Shown here piece by piece: positions 1-13,000 of a stretch of DNA of 64,000 nt (positions are counted from its first letter, which is position 1; every line of letters starts with the position of its first letter). The position numbers were made by a program, and so were the translations under genes. The stretch is taken from positions 1 to 64,000 of the forward strand of contig DF237344.1 in assembly GCA_000708835.1 (NCBI GenBank), written 5' to 3'. The notes below the pieces were generated by a model that saw only the letters and a list, made by a program, of their open reading frames with translations, made no database searches and was not told where the DNA came from. The stretch is from Klebsormidium nitens. Taxonomy: Eukaryota > Plantae > Klebsormidiophyceae.

Positions 1-2493
1 ACACCACGGCTGAATGCTCAGGTCCTTCTCACATGCTCGGTCGCCATTGTCCTTTACAAGGAAGCTCGTGGAGAACTTGCAACTTGAGAAGCGAGTCACA
101 CTACTCTAGAAGCAAGTAGTTATACTAGCACTACCACTAGGCCGGAGATGGAATTACCCGGTCCCAGATCTACACTCAGCCGGAGGTCCGGCTATCGACC
201 GGGAGTCAACTACTGTCAACCCTAGCATGTGGTCTCTCTCGTGTGACCTAGCCTTGTCACTGGCTATCACTCTACGGTGGGGGATTGCCCTCGTGCGGAC
301 TCGACAGGCCACCGGGGCCTCGGAAACCCCGAAACCTCCGCGTGGATGACACCTGTCAGCCGCCCGCCTTACTCTACCGGACCGCGGCCGCGTGCGCACA
401 ACGTGTTACGGCACCGGCTCCTCACGGCATGGCAACCAGGGAGGTTCTCAAGCTTCTATCTGCTATTTCCTGGTGTTCAAAGCAGACATTCCATTACTAA
501 AAGAAAAGAAAAGCGTTGCCCCTAACGTAAGAACGAGGTTGCGAGCCACAGAAGTAGCCGCCAACAGAGACGGGCCATGTAATGAGTTGGTCAATCAGAT
601 TTCGAAGCCTCAGGGCTGGACAATCAGAAAATCAGCGTTTCAAAGGAGCTGGCATCAATTGTGCACCTCACCAGCCTGAAGTGAGCCAAGTGTATCGTTC
701 CAGCAGCTCTAGGCAAATGTCCTCCATACTCAAAGGCCTTGGGGAAGATGCCTCAGCAGGAGTTGGCGTCCAAAGTGAGCCTGCACAATAGAGCTAGGAA
801 CATCAAACATAGTCAATGTGCCTCGAAAAGTGGAGGGCTGCTATTCTCATAAAGTGGCTCTCATTTGCAAACGTACAGAGTATCAACCAGGAGTCCACAA
901 AACGAAACCACTACGGTGTTGGAGATTCTGGCAGAGGGTCAAGCTTTGTAGAGCGCTTTCAAAAGGATATTTGAATGCCAGAAGCCAATGCTTATTTAAA
1001 AACAAGACAACACAGACAGAGAATCTGTTCAAGCCCTCAGATTTTCTTGCATAGGGCCCCACACGCAGTGAACCAGGGGGCAAACGCAAAGACTACTGAT
1101 CATGATAAGTCCACCCTTTTCATAAACATCAAAATGTTGTCTGCCCTTCTTCTTCTAACATTGGACTCAGGCAGCTCCTTTCGGTGGCACGATAGGATCC
1201 AGTGACCTCCACAGCAACGTTTGTCCCACTTGGAATCTCTTCAGTTGACGAAGCAGCATTGACAATCATATCACTGATGGGGTTTATGGTATCTTGTTTT
1301 GACACCGTCAAAGCTGTAATCCGCATGTCCTCCTGAGCTGCTTGCCCTGCGCAGCTTCACCAACTCATTGAAGTCCCCAGTTTTCACAAGTAGCTGGGAG
1401 CACCTCAAAGACTAAAAACCTTCTTGAAGCAATCTGAGAGCAGAATTTGTGCAATCACCTGATGAAGTGCTGCTCAAGATAAGTGGTAGCCATAGAGCTG
1501 ACTCCTCAACACAGCTTGCAATTCTTCCCCTTTCCCGGCGCTGCACCCGCAGCAGCGCAGGGCGCGAGCCGCCTCAAGTGACATGACACAGATTGTCGCG
1601 AACCTTTTCAACTTCTGCCAATTCCTGTCGTCTTTTTAACGACAAGAAAGGCTTCTGAGAGTCAGACATTGATGTGCGCCTCAGGGGCGCCTCACGAGTC
1701 ATGGTCGCGTTTACTTTAATCGCGACTGTCTGGCCGAGCTGGACCTGGCCCGGGCCGAGCCCTACTAATGACTTGCAAGGCACACGTGGGACCCTCGTGG
1801 TCGACACGTGGCATGATGCCATTTGCTGAAAAGCTTCAAGGTCACGCCTTTATTCAGAAGTCCCATGCCGTCGGGAATTTATTCTCGGCGGACGTTTTAT
1901 TTGGCTGGGGACCGACGGTCGGACGCGCGGCAGGGGGAAAGGATCATTTTTCGCCGGGCAATTTTAGTTTGGGACTTTGCCGTGGACGACTCGGCGGACG
2001 GGGACCTGACCCTAGCTGCTAGCCCGGGCTAGAGTGCGGTCCCATGCCTTTAGGGTTTTGAAGGGCGGATGCTTCCGGGCCTGCCCGGTGATTTGCAATC
2101 TTCGAATGTCGAAAGCAGGACCTAGCAGCCCCAGCATTGTGACCCAAGGAAGGAAACAAGAACCCCCGGTTCTTGCGTGATTGAAACGGGTTGCAGGTAT
2201 CTTGCTGGCAGGTCCAGGCTTCAGCCTCAGGCTGCCACCGTCTTCCAACTTTCAAGAAGACTGACTTCTGCTAGGAAATTGGCGGCAAACAATCAGGTTG
2301 CAAAACATTCAAAGCATTCAGCAAGGAGCATAAGCAAAAGATGGCATTGCTTTCCAAAATCTCTCTACTTGCAGCCCAAGGAAAATAGTCATGGGTTTGC
2401 AGTGAGCATGGAGCATCAGGGCAACACTTAGAAGCTTGTGCTTGGGGGCAGCCTGTGTTCTGCAATTGCTGCGTTTTCAGAGGTCAATTCATC

Positions 2494-5400
2494 ATGCCCA
2501 GGTTCAAGACAGTCCCTGTTCATGTTTCCAGTCCAGTCAGAGTAGCTAGGAAGATGAGCCAAGCTAGTCGGTCCATGCAATCTGCCAGGAAAAGAAAAGG
2601 CTCAGCTTTGGAGGGCAGGGGATCCAAGAGAGCCCGGGCTCTTAGACCTGAGCCTGTTGCAAGTCAGCAGAGGGACACTTTGCAGGAAGAGGTTGTAGAA
2701 GAAGAAGAAGAAGTCACACCCTCTGAGGGCAATTCAGGTTCCAGCTCCAATTCCGAAATGGAGAAGTCTAACTCTGAAGCGGAGAAGACCGAATCTGAGC
2801 AGACCAGCAGTGAGGATAGTGGCGGAGGGGGTCAAAATGGCATTCACCACCAGCAGACAACGGAGTCTTTTGAGCAGGAGGCAGAGTTTGTGCGTGCCGA
2901 TACTTCCGAAGCACACTCTCCTCTTGTCCAAGAGAGTGCTGAAGCGGAAGGACCTCGTAATGCGGCGCCCTCTCCTCGATCGGTGCGGCGCCGACGTGCT
3001 CAGAAGCATGCTCAAGCGGCGGCTGTGAGAAAGGCACCGGCCACAAAGAACAATCAGCGCGGTGCATTGCGAGCATTTCAGGTTTGTATGAAGCTTGAGT
3101 CAGTCCAGTGATTGATGATCTGATGTTGACACAGCCTTGTCATCTGCAGCTTGTTGAGAGCATCAATCTGTTCTGTTGTTTCAGAAGACCAGACTGCCAT
3201 GCCTAAGTCCTGCATCTCAAAGATTGAGTTTCGAGTGCGAAGGTACTAATGCTTGGCAGATGTTTAGAATCTCTCTTCCAATAAAGTTTGACGGATTTAC
3301 AAGGGCAATTGTCAGAGGTTTGTACGTCACAGCCAAAACGTGGGCGCTTCCCTGCACAGTTTGCAACTGATAGGAACAAAGTTGGAAAGATTGGGAAAGA
3401 TTTGAGCTCAGGCAATGTCACTTTTCTTACAGAAGTTCTGGAGAGGTGACCCATATAATCTAGAAGGACAGCAAGAAGTGAATGAGAAGAATGTACGAAC
3501 ATTTTTTGACGAGATCGAAGAAGAGGTGGGTCCCAATTGTCTCAATCAGAATGTAGCTTTGTACAATCTCTGTTGTGGGGGGCACAAGCTCGGACCAATA
3601 TGTGATCCTGTCTTAGAACTTGTTTGTTGTTCCAAGTATCTGCAACCGTTTGCATACTTATGTTTGAGCTGGTAAAGTGATGGTGCTCCAGTGTTGTAGA
3701 ATCCGATCCTGCTCATTCATTCTGACCCTCTATCTCATTCATTTTGACCCTCTTCGCAGCGGAGCCCCACTATCGACAAGTATGTAAAAGGCCTGCAACT
3801 GACCATGCGTCAGATCTGGGCAGCAGCGGGAAAGACAGGCCCTGAGCCCAATATAAGGCGGTACGACGAGGTCAAGCATCGACGGGCTGCGGCAAAAAAG
3901 GCAACCGCTGCACTGAGAAGAAAGTGAGCACAGTCTTTCTGCAAGCAGTTCCGGAAGTCAATCTTTGTTCCTTCAAAGCTTTGCCCATTTGTGTTTATCA
4001 AATTGAGGAGGAACATGCAGGAGGGTTTGTGACATCGTCGTGCTTGCCAGGGGCAACTGATCAGGCTGTCTCATCCTGCGCACCGTGCTTGATAAACAGG
4101 TCTGCTCGATGCTTCTTCCTAAGATCCCCCATGCTTTCAAAGAGGTGTTTTCAAGTATACCGCTAACAACACTGTCCTTTCGCAGGCATGGGTATGACAA
4201 ACAACGTGACAAGCCGGACCGCATCTCGCGTCAAGATATCACCCGCGTCGTCGATCTGATGACAAAGTACCTTTGCCTGACGAAAGAGAAGCTTGCGGAG
4301 CACAAGATGACACGTGGCACGTTGATTAACATGAGGTAGGCTGGCTCCTTCATTTGCATTCTTTACAGGCTAAAAGAGTTATGTTGATTGTCTGCGACCC
4401 GCTCTTGTGTGCTGGTGACGTCATCAAGAACTTCCGGCTTGCGTAACCTGAATTGCTTTCCCGCTTGGAAACACAATTTCTCATCAAGGTTTCAAGCGTC
4501 TTGGATTAAATTGTACAGCTCTGCCCCGTCCAAGCTCACAAAGGTAGTATGGTATCAAATAGTCTGGCAGCATCTTGAAGCTGACGTCAGCAGTCAGCTT
4601 TTGATATCAGCTTGGACTGTTATCTGTAGAGCCACACAACCAGTACTGCTCGCATAGTCACTCAACTGAATTGGCCGCTGTTAAAGATATGATTCGCTGC
4701 GTCGCTGCGTCGGTGGGCATCGGGCCAAGAGCAGATGTCCCCTTCTTCTTTACAGTGCTGTTCTGAATCTTTTGATGTGAAAGGCCTAGAATCGGAAGCA
4801 CAGACCTGCCGAAAAGCTGATAACGTCAGTGCTCAGACACGTCAGCTAGACTTACAGTACCTTCGTGCAGGGCGGACGTGCTTGAGTGGTTCACCACAAT
4901 GACGAGGTTGCAAGACCACCCGTGAGGGCGAGCTTTCTGACCTCAGCATACACCTAGAAGAGGAGATTGGCCCCACCCCCGGGTATACCCTTGACATCAT
5001 CAACGACATCGGGAAGACCAACGAAGTGAGTGGGTTTCGACTCTGCCCGTGGCATAAGCCACAAAGTCATCCAGGCAGCCAGTAAATGCGATTGGAAATT
5101 TCCAGAATAGACAACTCTGCGCGCTCGTGTGTCCCCTTCGTCTCACGTTTCGACTTAGTGATGTAAGTACTGATTATGACTTACCCACCTACAGAACGGC
5201 AATATGGAAGTGACGTCTGTTCTTCAGAACAAGGACGCTGCCATGTGTGCATGGGCTGCCCGCATGCATGCTCTTATCTACAACTGGGCGGTTGCCAAGA
5301 AGAAGAGACCCAAGGCGTGACCCCAAACAGATTGGTGAGATAAGTCCTAAGGTTTTAGGATCTCTTGCCCTTGCCTCGCTCCTGCAGTCCATGTGCCACC

Positions 5401-8400
5401 GTCGACAGGCTCTCATGCTAATTTACTGTGAATGTAGTACTTGCGGTCCTCAGGCTTGGCACCAGATCATTCAGTCTTGCTGTCACGATTCTTCCCACTT
5501 GTAGCTCTAGCTTGGATATGAAAGTCAGTGCTCATGTCATCCTTCTCGGACCCTACATCTCCTGCGTCGTGCGTGCAGGTACACCTGGAAGAAGTCGCCG
5601 GGGCGGAAAGGGGAGGAGGCAGGGTACAGCTACTCGACGCAGCGGAAATACATCCAACACTTCATGAAAGTGCTGGGCATCGAGCATCGACTCGCGGAAA
5701 GCGACGCACGTCGGCCGTCGCCATGGTGCTCGCAAAGCCGCGATCTGGTAAGTTACGACCAGCAACCTCATCAGCTGCGGGACTTCAGTTGTTTCTTAGA
5801 CAGTCTTTGGAAGAGACTGAAAGACTTCAAGCTCACAACACTTGTACTGGTTTCTGCATGTATGAAACGACTTTGTGTCCCCCAATCGACCGTGGCTGGT
5901 TGCGGCCCCGCTTGTCCAAGTTGCTATCGTTTGTGGATTCAAGGCTATGCGCTCGAGCTGGAAACTGTGAAACATGCCTGAAACATGTGGTCAAACATGT
6001 TTGCAGGGCGTCACGCGGCCCGACGTCAAGAAGTACGCTCGATTTACAACAAATCGCAGCGACCACTTTTCGCGGTCGTATGCCCAGGACTCCCCGATGA
6101 CCCTCCAGTTCGGGATGGCCGGGTTTCGTAAAGAGGCGGTTGAGCGCAACTTCACCGATGGGTACCGGCTCGCTAGGTACGCTTGCTGTGCACACAATTC
6201 CGTAGAAGAAAGCAAAGACACTTTTAATGTTGGACGCTGCCCTGGCCGTTTTCGTTCCGTCCGTTTCCTTCCGGTCTCGTTCCGGTTCCGGCCGCGTTCT
6301 CGTTCCGGCTAGTTGTCTCCTGTGCATGGGGTGTGCATGGGGTCCGTTGAGTCAGGCGTATGTGTCTCACCTTTCAAGGTTGACAATCCGCTTCCACGGT
6401 GTGTTCCCTAACGCTCAATTCATTGGTGCAGGCTGATTCCGACAATTCCTCAGGAGCTGTTGAAGAAGTTCTGTCCATGGGTCGAGAAGGAGTATCGAGA
6501 GATCAAGCAGGTGAGCGACCATCCGACGCTTGACAGTTGCCCTCCTTTGATGTATTCGCAGAGAAGGCCGACCGATCTGGTGGCTCTAAATCTTCTCAAC
6601 GTTTTCTCAACTCTTGAAAGGGAGGCCGACCCAACGGCTTGCTCGCCGAAGCGTTTGAGTGTGCTTGCGACGATGCTGAAATCAGGCGAGTACTTCAACG
6701 TTCATCTTTCTGAGTCGTTCTGATTCTGAGCTTCTACCTGCGCCCACTTTCTTTCTCCACATCAACCTGGTGCGTGATACGTCCGTGGTTTATTTGCAGC
6801 GGAATGCAAGTGCGACCCTGGACGGAGATAAACGGGTGACGTCGGAGAACTTCTTCCAGTTCTTGGCGTGCGGAAAAGAAGTCTTCCTCTCAAGTCTTGC
6901 CGCAATGGAGCCGGTGTACCCGAACCTGTGCTTGTTCGAAGACATGAGCTTGTTTGAGAACCGTGCCTGGGTGGAGTACAAGCGAGCGGTCCAAGAAGCT
7001 GATGCGAGTCCTGATCGTTGCCTTCCCCCACGGCAGGATAATCAGGTAGGCAACCGACTTCATTTGCAACTTCAAGGAAAAAGGATTCTGAGAGCCTTCA
7101 CAAAGTCCGAGCTTTTCCAACGTTCTTGTGAGTTCTAAGCAACATTTTTCAGTGCTTTGCGTTTGAGCCTGTCACAACATCTACTCGAAAACCGCCATGC
7201 AGCTTGAATCGCTTCAGAATTCGATGCACTAGACAACGAGACACCCGTTTGGAACGTTTTTCCGGCTGTTTGCAGGGTTGTCAATGGACCATTCATTTTT
7301 CCCTGCCGCTCGTTTTCCATTTTTACATTCTGCTTGAGCGCTGACCACTCGTTCTTAACTTAGTCCTGGCTCCATTCTTGCAGTCTCTGCTTATGACGGA
7401 GCTCCGGAAACACTCCGACCAGCTCGGGGAGCTCTTCCGGGTGTTCCGGGACTTTGCTGCTCGTCGGGAAGGCGCCGGCGTTTCTGACGGCTCGCCCCCT
7501 TCGCCGCACGGACCACCTCCGCCACCGCGGCCAGTCCAAAGGGCGAGAGGCAGCGCGGCAGACGAGCGGCAGCCCGAAACAGGACGTGGGTCCCCGGGCT
7601 GCTTCACATCTCCCCGGGCAGACCCGCCGTGTTCCCCGACAGTCCCGCGTCGCCCCGTCGACAACCGGTGGGCACCCCCGGACTTCAGACCTGAGCTGAG
7701 CGGAGCTCGGTTTGAGCACCGGCGCAACCAGGCGCAGTTTGCGAGCGCGGGTTGGTATCAACCGGGGACAGGTTCGGAGGTTTGACGCGGGTGATGAGCC
7801 GGCCGGGGGACGAGCAACCGGGGGGTTTTCGAGCGGCAGAGAGACCCGGGGAGGGGACGTCAGGGAAGGAACCGGACTTGGGGAGCGGAGAGAAGGGACC
7901 CGGGGGGCGTGGAGAGAACCGGCTAGTCGAGCGCATGGGGACGAAGCACCGGGCGGAGCGGCGGGAATGCGTGCTCATCCGGGGCGGGGTACAGAAACCG
8001 CAAATGGGGCTCAAGGTGCCGAAGAAGTGGGGCTACGTGCTCGGGGAGGAGGCCCAGCCGAAAGCGACGGCGGAAGCGAGGAGGTCTATGAAGAAGGTGA
8101 ACCGGTCCCTGGTCAGCCGTACGTCTATCCGTGGCCGGCATGCAGCACTGTAGTTGATGTGTATCGGGAAATGCACTCCGGTTTTGCCGCGCACATGCCG
8201 GCTCTCGTAGAGTTGGAACGTGCGCATGGCTCTGCGTGGCGACGGGGAAAAGGTCACCGGCAAAGGTTTAACGAGAAGGTACAAATCTGTAAATATGTGG
8301 AGCACATTCAAAGGGAGCACGGTTTTGAGAATGGAGTGACTGCGGTGGACTACCTGTCCGGGAGGTATAAAAGCTTGAAGTCCCTCTTGAAGGATCTGAG

Positions 8401-8449
8401 GGCATTGAAGAAAGCCGGACAAGCAGCGGCTGCTGCACCAGCACCCTAG
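2494..8449 (+). mobile_element. Crypton (CryptonF-like) tyrosine-recombinase transposon gene with C-terminal GCR1_C domain; disabled
   Basis: Exons 2494-3081, 3433-3525, 3760-3923, 4186-4335, 4871-5025, 5195-5334, 5579-5747, 6007-6176, 6432-6510, 6800-7045, 7384-8449, all GT-AG. Motifs appear in Crypton/Ndc10 order: ADVLEWFTTMTR..TREGELSDL, GKTNE|NGNMEVTSVLQNKDAAMC, DW|Y, SYSTQ, KATHVGR (HxxR), SRSYAQDSPM..MAGF (catalytic Y at 6079), PQELLKKFCPW, FFQFL..EVFL..YPNLCLF. These are followed by GCR1_C-like STVVDVYREM..LVELERAHGSAWRRG. Lesions: +1 at about 4917, TGA at 5318, +7/-1 in exon 7, frame change(s) in exon 11. Family assigned from recalled motifs; element ends not found. Confidence 0.85.
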
Positions 8450-9308
8450 TCACGTAGAACATACAGAGTCGTCTCGCCAACAATAAACGTAGTACCATGT
8501 AATGTAGTACCACTTTTGTGCTTCTATCATTGATGCTCAGTGCTTGATCCGCATGCTCGTTTAAAAGTTGCAATCAACCTCTCACAACACGAGGCCGTTT
8601 GACAACCTGTCGCAGTTGCGTTATGATTCAATGCAGATGCCCATGGTCTATGTATGCGGCATACAACCAAATATTGAATTCAGCTTTTAGTGCGGTACAC
8701 AATCAACTCTTAAACTCGCCAGCGATTGAAGCGATAACATAGTCAACCTACCAGGTCATTCTGTGCCAATTCTTCAATTGTGCAACGGTTTGGTACCTTA
8801 AACGGCCGTTTGCAAGTTCGATCGGATTGTTGCTTGCCAGAATTTTGAATGCCAGTATTGCCTCAGCCATGGCAACATGCACACATGATGCATAGTGCAA
8901 CTGCTTGAGAATGAATCATACTCAGTGAGCTATGCCACGTAAATTTCTGCGCCGTGCTTCTAGTACGTCTGTTGGATCCTAGCTGATCGCGTCAGGATGA
9001 ATGTAATTCCAGATTCTCTTTTCTCGGCGATTCCTCGGATCATCCCTCTAGCTTCCTTTGAGCCTGTCTTTGTGTATACTTCTGCTGCTGCCGACGTCAC
9101 CGTGACTGGCACACTGATTCATAAGGCCGCGCCGCGCACAACTGCCGCGACCGCCGCAAGCTTATACGTGCGCGCACAGAGCGCGACTGACAGTACGTAA
9201 AGGTACCGTACCGTACTTAGCTTGGTACCTACCTAGGAATTGAAAAAAGCTAGAGCCTAGCTGTACAAGTACTGGTACCGGTAGGTACCTAGGCAGAGGT
9301 ACCTACTA

Positions 9309-9598
9309 CCGTAGTCCAAGGTAATGATTCCGAATAAATAAATAATTATTTGCATTCGGAAAGTCAGAAATTCAGGTTTCCCGTTCGGAAAGTGGAAATT
9401 AGCAAAGATTAAATAATTCTGAAATAGGCTTCGAAAGGCCAAAAATTGCTCAAATCAGCCCTAAAATGCGTCTTCAAGTGTGAACATAGGGCATTCGGAT
9501 TCTGGTCGGAATCCGCATAAGTAATTCCGCATTCCTGGTCGGATTGTTGGAAAATATTACTTGGAAAATCCGTTCGGAATGATCACGTTGGACTACGG
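9309..9598. mobile_element. 290-bp non-autonomous DNA transposon (MITE), Tc1/mariner-like
   Basis: 26-bp terminal inverted repeats 9309-9334 and 9573-9598 match at 23/26 (CCGTAGTCCAA...TTGGACTACGG). TA on both sides (9307-9308, 9599-9600). AT-rich non-coding interior. Confidence 0.75.
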
Positions 9599-10004
9599 TA
9601 CCTACTTCCTATATCGCTCTCCGCCTCATGAGTTGGCGGTATCCCACGAGTACGTACGGTGTACTCTGTACAAGTACGTACCTAATTCGGTAGGCCAATT
9701 TTGAGTTTCGATTCAGGGGGGTCTGCGCAGTAATTGTTTTTATACTGGGGGTAGTAAGGTCCCCATATAGGATCGACGTTGACCCCGTCCGCCCCCGTCC
9801 GACTCCCCGTCGAGCGGGGAGGTTGGACGTACTACCCCCCGGGCCGGCGAAGTTATGATCCTGCTTCGGTACCTGCATGCACATGAAACTTTCCGAAGGA
9901 CGTCCACATTGAATCTGATCCTGAAATCCAGAAGGTCAGTCCTAAGTGGGCCCGGAGCGCACCACCTACTCGAGACATGTAGCCTCAGCGTTTGTGTGTC
10001 TCTT

Positions 10005-13000
10005 ATGGCGCCCTCCTTTTTCTCCCCTTTCCTCGACCGCCTCTCCCTCCCGCAGCCGGCCCTGCAGCGCGCCGCCGTCCGCAGCATTTTCGCACATTTC
10101 AAAAGAGCGCCCTCCCACGAACAGCCCAGCTCAGCATTGGGTGAGGAGACACTAACCGTCTGCCTAACCCACCGGAGCCCAGCTGTGGTGGACGAGACAG
10201 CCCAGCAGTTAGTGCGCCTGGTTAGCGAGCGCCCGGATCTGGTGGGCAGTGCAAAGGGGGTGGATTTGCTTCTTGCGGGTTTGAGGGAGGTTCCGGCTGG
10301 TGGGGTGGGGCCAATCGTGGGCGCCATTGGGGCAATTCTGCGCCTGTCGTTGGCAGAAAGTTGGGGAAATGCTAGACCCCCGACGTTGGAGGAAACAGCA
10401 GCACAAAACGAGGAAGATCAGCTCAATTTTGCCACTGGCATATCCTTCTTTGACAGACAGCCTAAAAGCTCCGATGGAGTGGTGGTAGCGAGAGCAAATG
10501 CCTCAGAGTCATTTGCAAGCCCAAGCGCGCAAGCCTCCGGGGAACAGCACCCCTTTTACCGGGCGACCCTCCTCAGGGACGAGTGTCAAGAGCCGGTGCT
10601 GCGGCAAGTGGCGATCCTCTTAACACAAGCAGGAACCTCCGGGCACGAGATCGAGGCGCTTCTGCATCTGCGTTCGTTCATCACTTCCGTTCTGCTGCAT
10701 GGGGCTGGGGGGGAGTTCTTCCGTCGGCGCCTCACGAGCGCTTTGGTTGGGATTGCAGCCTCGAGCGGCCCAGGATTGGCGGGGCCGATACTGGAACTGC
10801 TGATATGGCATGCGGGGCTGATGAGAATAGGCACTTATGGGGTGCAAATGGGCTCCGGGGATAACCGAACAGGTCTGCAGGAATCTGTGGCAATCTCAGC
10901 CGCCTTTGCTGAAGATCTGGCTGACCTGATCCAACATCTCAAGGAGAAAGCCGGACAACAAGCTGGAGCGAATCCTTTCTCAAATCAACGATTTCTCCAT
11001 GGCATCAAGGCAAACGCATTCCGCTTGCTTGGGGCGCTTCTCAACGCCGCGTTCGAAGCGCAGGGCGCCGACCTCTCCTCTCTGCCCTTCCTTAACACCA
11101 TCGCTCGCTTAGTGGTTCTCTTGCCCCCAGTGGTGTCAATCCAGCTCCTCCCAGTGTGGGGCTGGCTCCTCTCCAGAGCCCAAATTGAGCAGGAGCAGCT
11201 CTCAATCCTGCGCCTTCTAAGTAGAGCTCTTGAATCAAGTGCCGGTCACAAACCCAGTAGCCCTCCAGATGGAAAAGCCACCGAAACAGAACCGCTTGTA
11301 GCAACTTCAGTTCTGCCCATCCTCCAATTGCTTGCTCTTCCCTCCGGCCTCATCAGAAACCACGCCGTCACAGCCCTGGACAAAGTTGAGGAGATCATGG
11401 CAAGCCCAAAGGCAGAGCGCCAAGTGGCAGCAGGAGGCACCACGGGCGAGAGTCCAGTCAAGGGGGATCCCTTGACAGAACTCTGGTTGATCAGCGGCGA
11501 AGCCAAGCTCGTCTCGTGCCTCAAGACCCTCGTCGCTAGCCTTTGGACCGGAGCCCACGTCCCAGGATTCTCGGGGGAACTTAAAAGCTTCCCATCCTCG
11601 GCAGCCGCCGCCAGTCCAACCCCAGATTCTTTAGACGGCACCGTCTCCTGGCTGGCCGCTCTGGGCGCCCACCTGGAAACCCTCCCGCCGCAAAAGCAGG
11701 GCTCGAAATCGCTGCAGGAAGGCGAGAGGACGCCGTTGGGCGACCTTGTGCGGATAGCGTTTTACGTGGGGGGAGCGCTTATGATGCATCCGGAGGCTTA
11801 TGTGCGGGCGGAAAGTGCAAAGGTGTTGGGGGCCGCTGCCAGGGTGGACCCGGTGCAGGCGGTGCCATTACTGCCAGCTGTCCTGTGGTGGCTGCGTAGA
11901 GAAGAGACCGTGGTAAGAAACCTCAATTTACATCGTCTCTCCTTTGACCTGATTCGGTTTGACAAGTCAGTAAAGACTTGGATCCTGTATATGGAGGGTT
12001 GCCGGAGACACAATGCGCCAAGAGTAGGAGCCCTTGGCACATGACGTCTGCTGTCCTCAGTCGATCGGTTTCTTTCGTGTTTGGTCTTAACATAACTTGT
12101 TTCCAGCTCTTGAGAGGTCCGGCTCTCGAATCTCTCGAGATATGTTTGTGGACGCCTTTCTCTTGATGTCCATGTTGAAAGGACATGTTCGGCCCAAATA
12201 TATTCACGTTCACCAGAGTTTAGGCAAAGTTTAGACTGACAATCGTGGACGGCATGTCGCTCAGACGAACAAAGCTCCTTCTGACGGATAAGCCGCATTG
12301 TGACCAACGGCAATCTTTACTGCTACTCCTGCCGAAATTGGCATAAGATTGCCCTATGAATTGCACAACCCATATCGTCTTCTTCTTTTAGCCTTGTCAT
12401 GCTCCGTTCCAACCATCGCGCAGGAGAATCTCCTTGACCGTCGTCGACTAAACATTAATTTTCTACTCACCTGGCCTTCACTCATGCACTGCCCAATATG
12501 GCAATTGTGAAATCCGGCTGGTTTCTCATACAGGCCCAGCAAGCCGCCTCCCCCGCTGTGCAAGGCAAGCCTAGAGCTTCCCACTCCGTCCAGCTGTCCC
12601 TGCTCTCCATCCTCCCCTCTTTAGGCGCCCACCTGGCCACCGTGGGCCCGGTTCTAAAGTCCCTCCAACCGATGCTCGAGCCCACCGCCGAGCTTCCCCT
12701 GAGAGCCGTCGGATTGCGCCTGCTGAGCCAACTGTGGGCGAATCTGGACCGTTCGTTCCCGCGCCTCCAGGCTGTTCTGATGGCCGGCGTTTCGCTGCCC
12801 AAACCCTCGCAAACCCTCCCCAAACCAGGGTCAGAAAGAGAAGGGATCTACGTGGCGAATCGCCCAAGTGGGCAGTTGAGAAAAGGGAGAGACTCAGCGG
12901 ATTTGGAATGGAACATGGCGCGAGCGGCTTCGATTCGGGGGGTCTGTGGCAAGGATGCGGCGAGGGGGGTGGAACTAGTGCTTGGGATCCAGGCGGCAAT

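Noticed and set aside
1-480. Possible retroelement/LTR remnant
   Set aside because: No second copy, PBS, PPT or coding motif in the window.
818-1822. Short ORF fragments divergent from the Crypton, possibly a second element gene
   Set aside because: Multiple stops in all frames, no consistent splice model and no recognisable motif.
9298-9605. 9-bp direct repeat GGTACCTAC around the MITE as a possible MULE-type TSD
   Set aside because: It overlaps the right TIR and would make the termini asymmetric; a TA duplication fits exactly.
9855-10004. Upstream extension of the first RST1 ORF (MILLRY..)
   Set aside because: RST1 similarity begins at ATG 10005; the extension runs through repeat-like promoter DNA.
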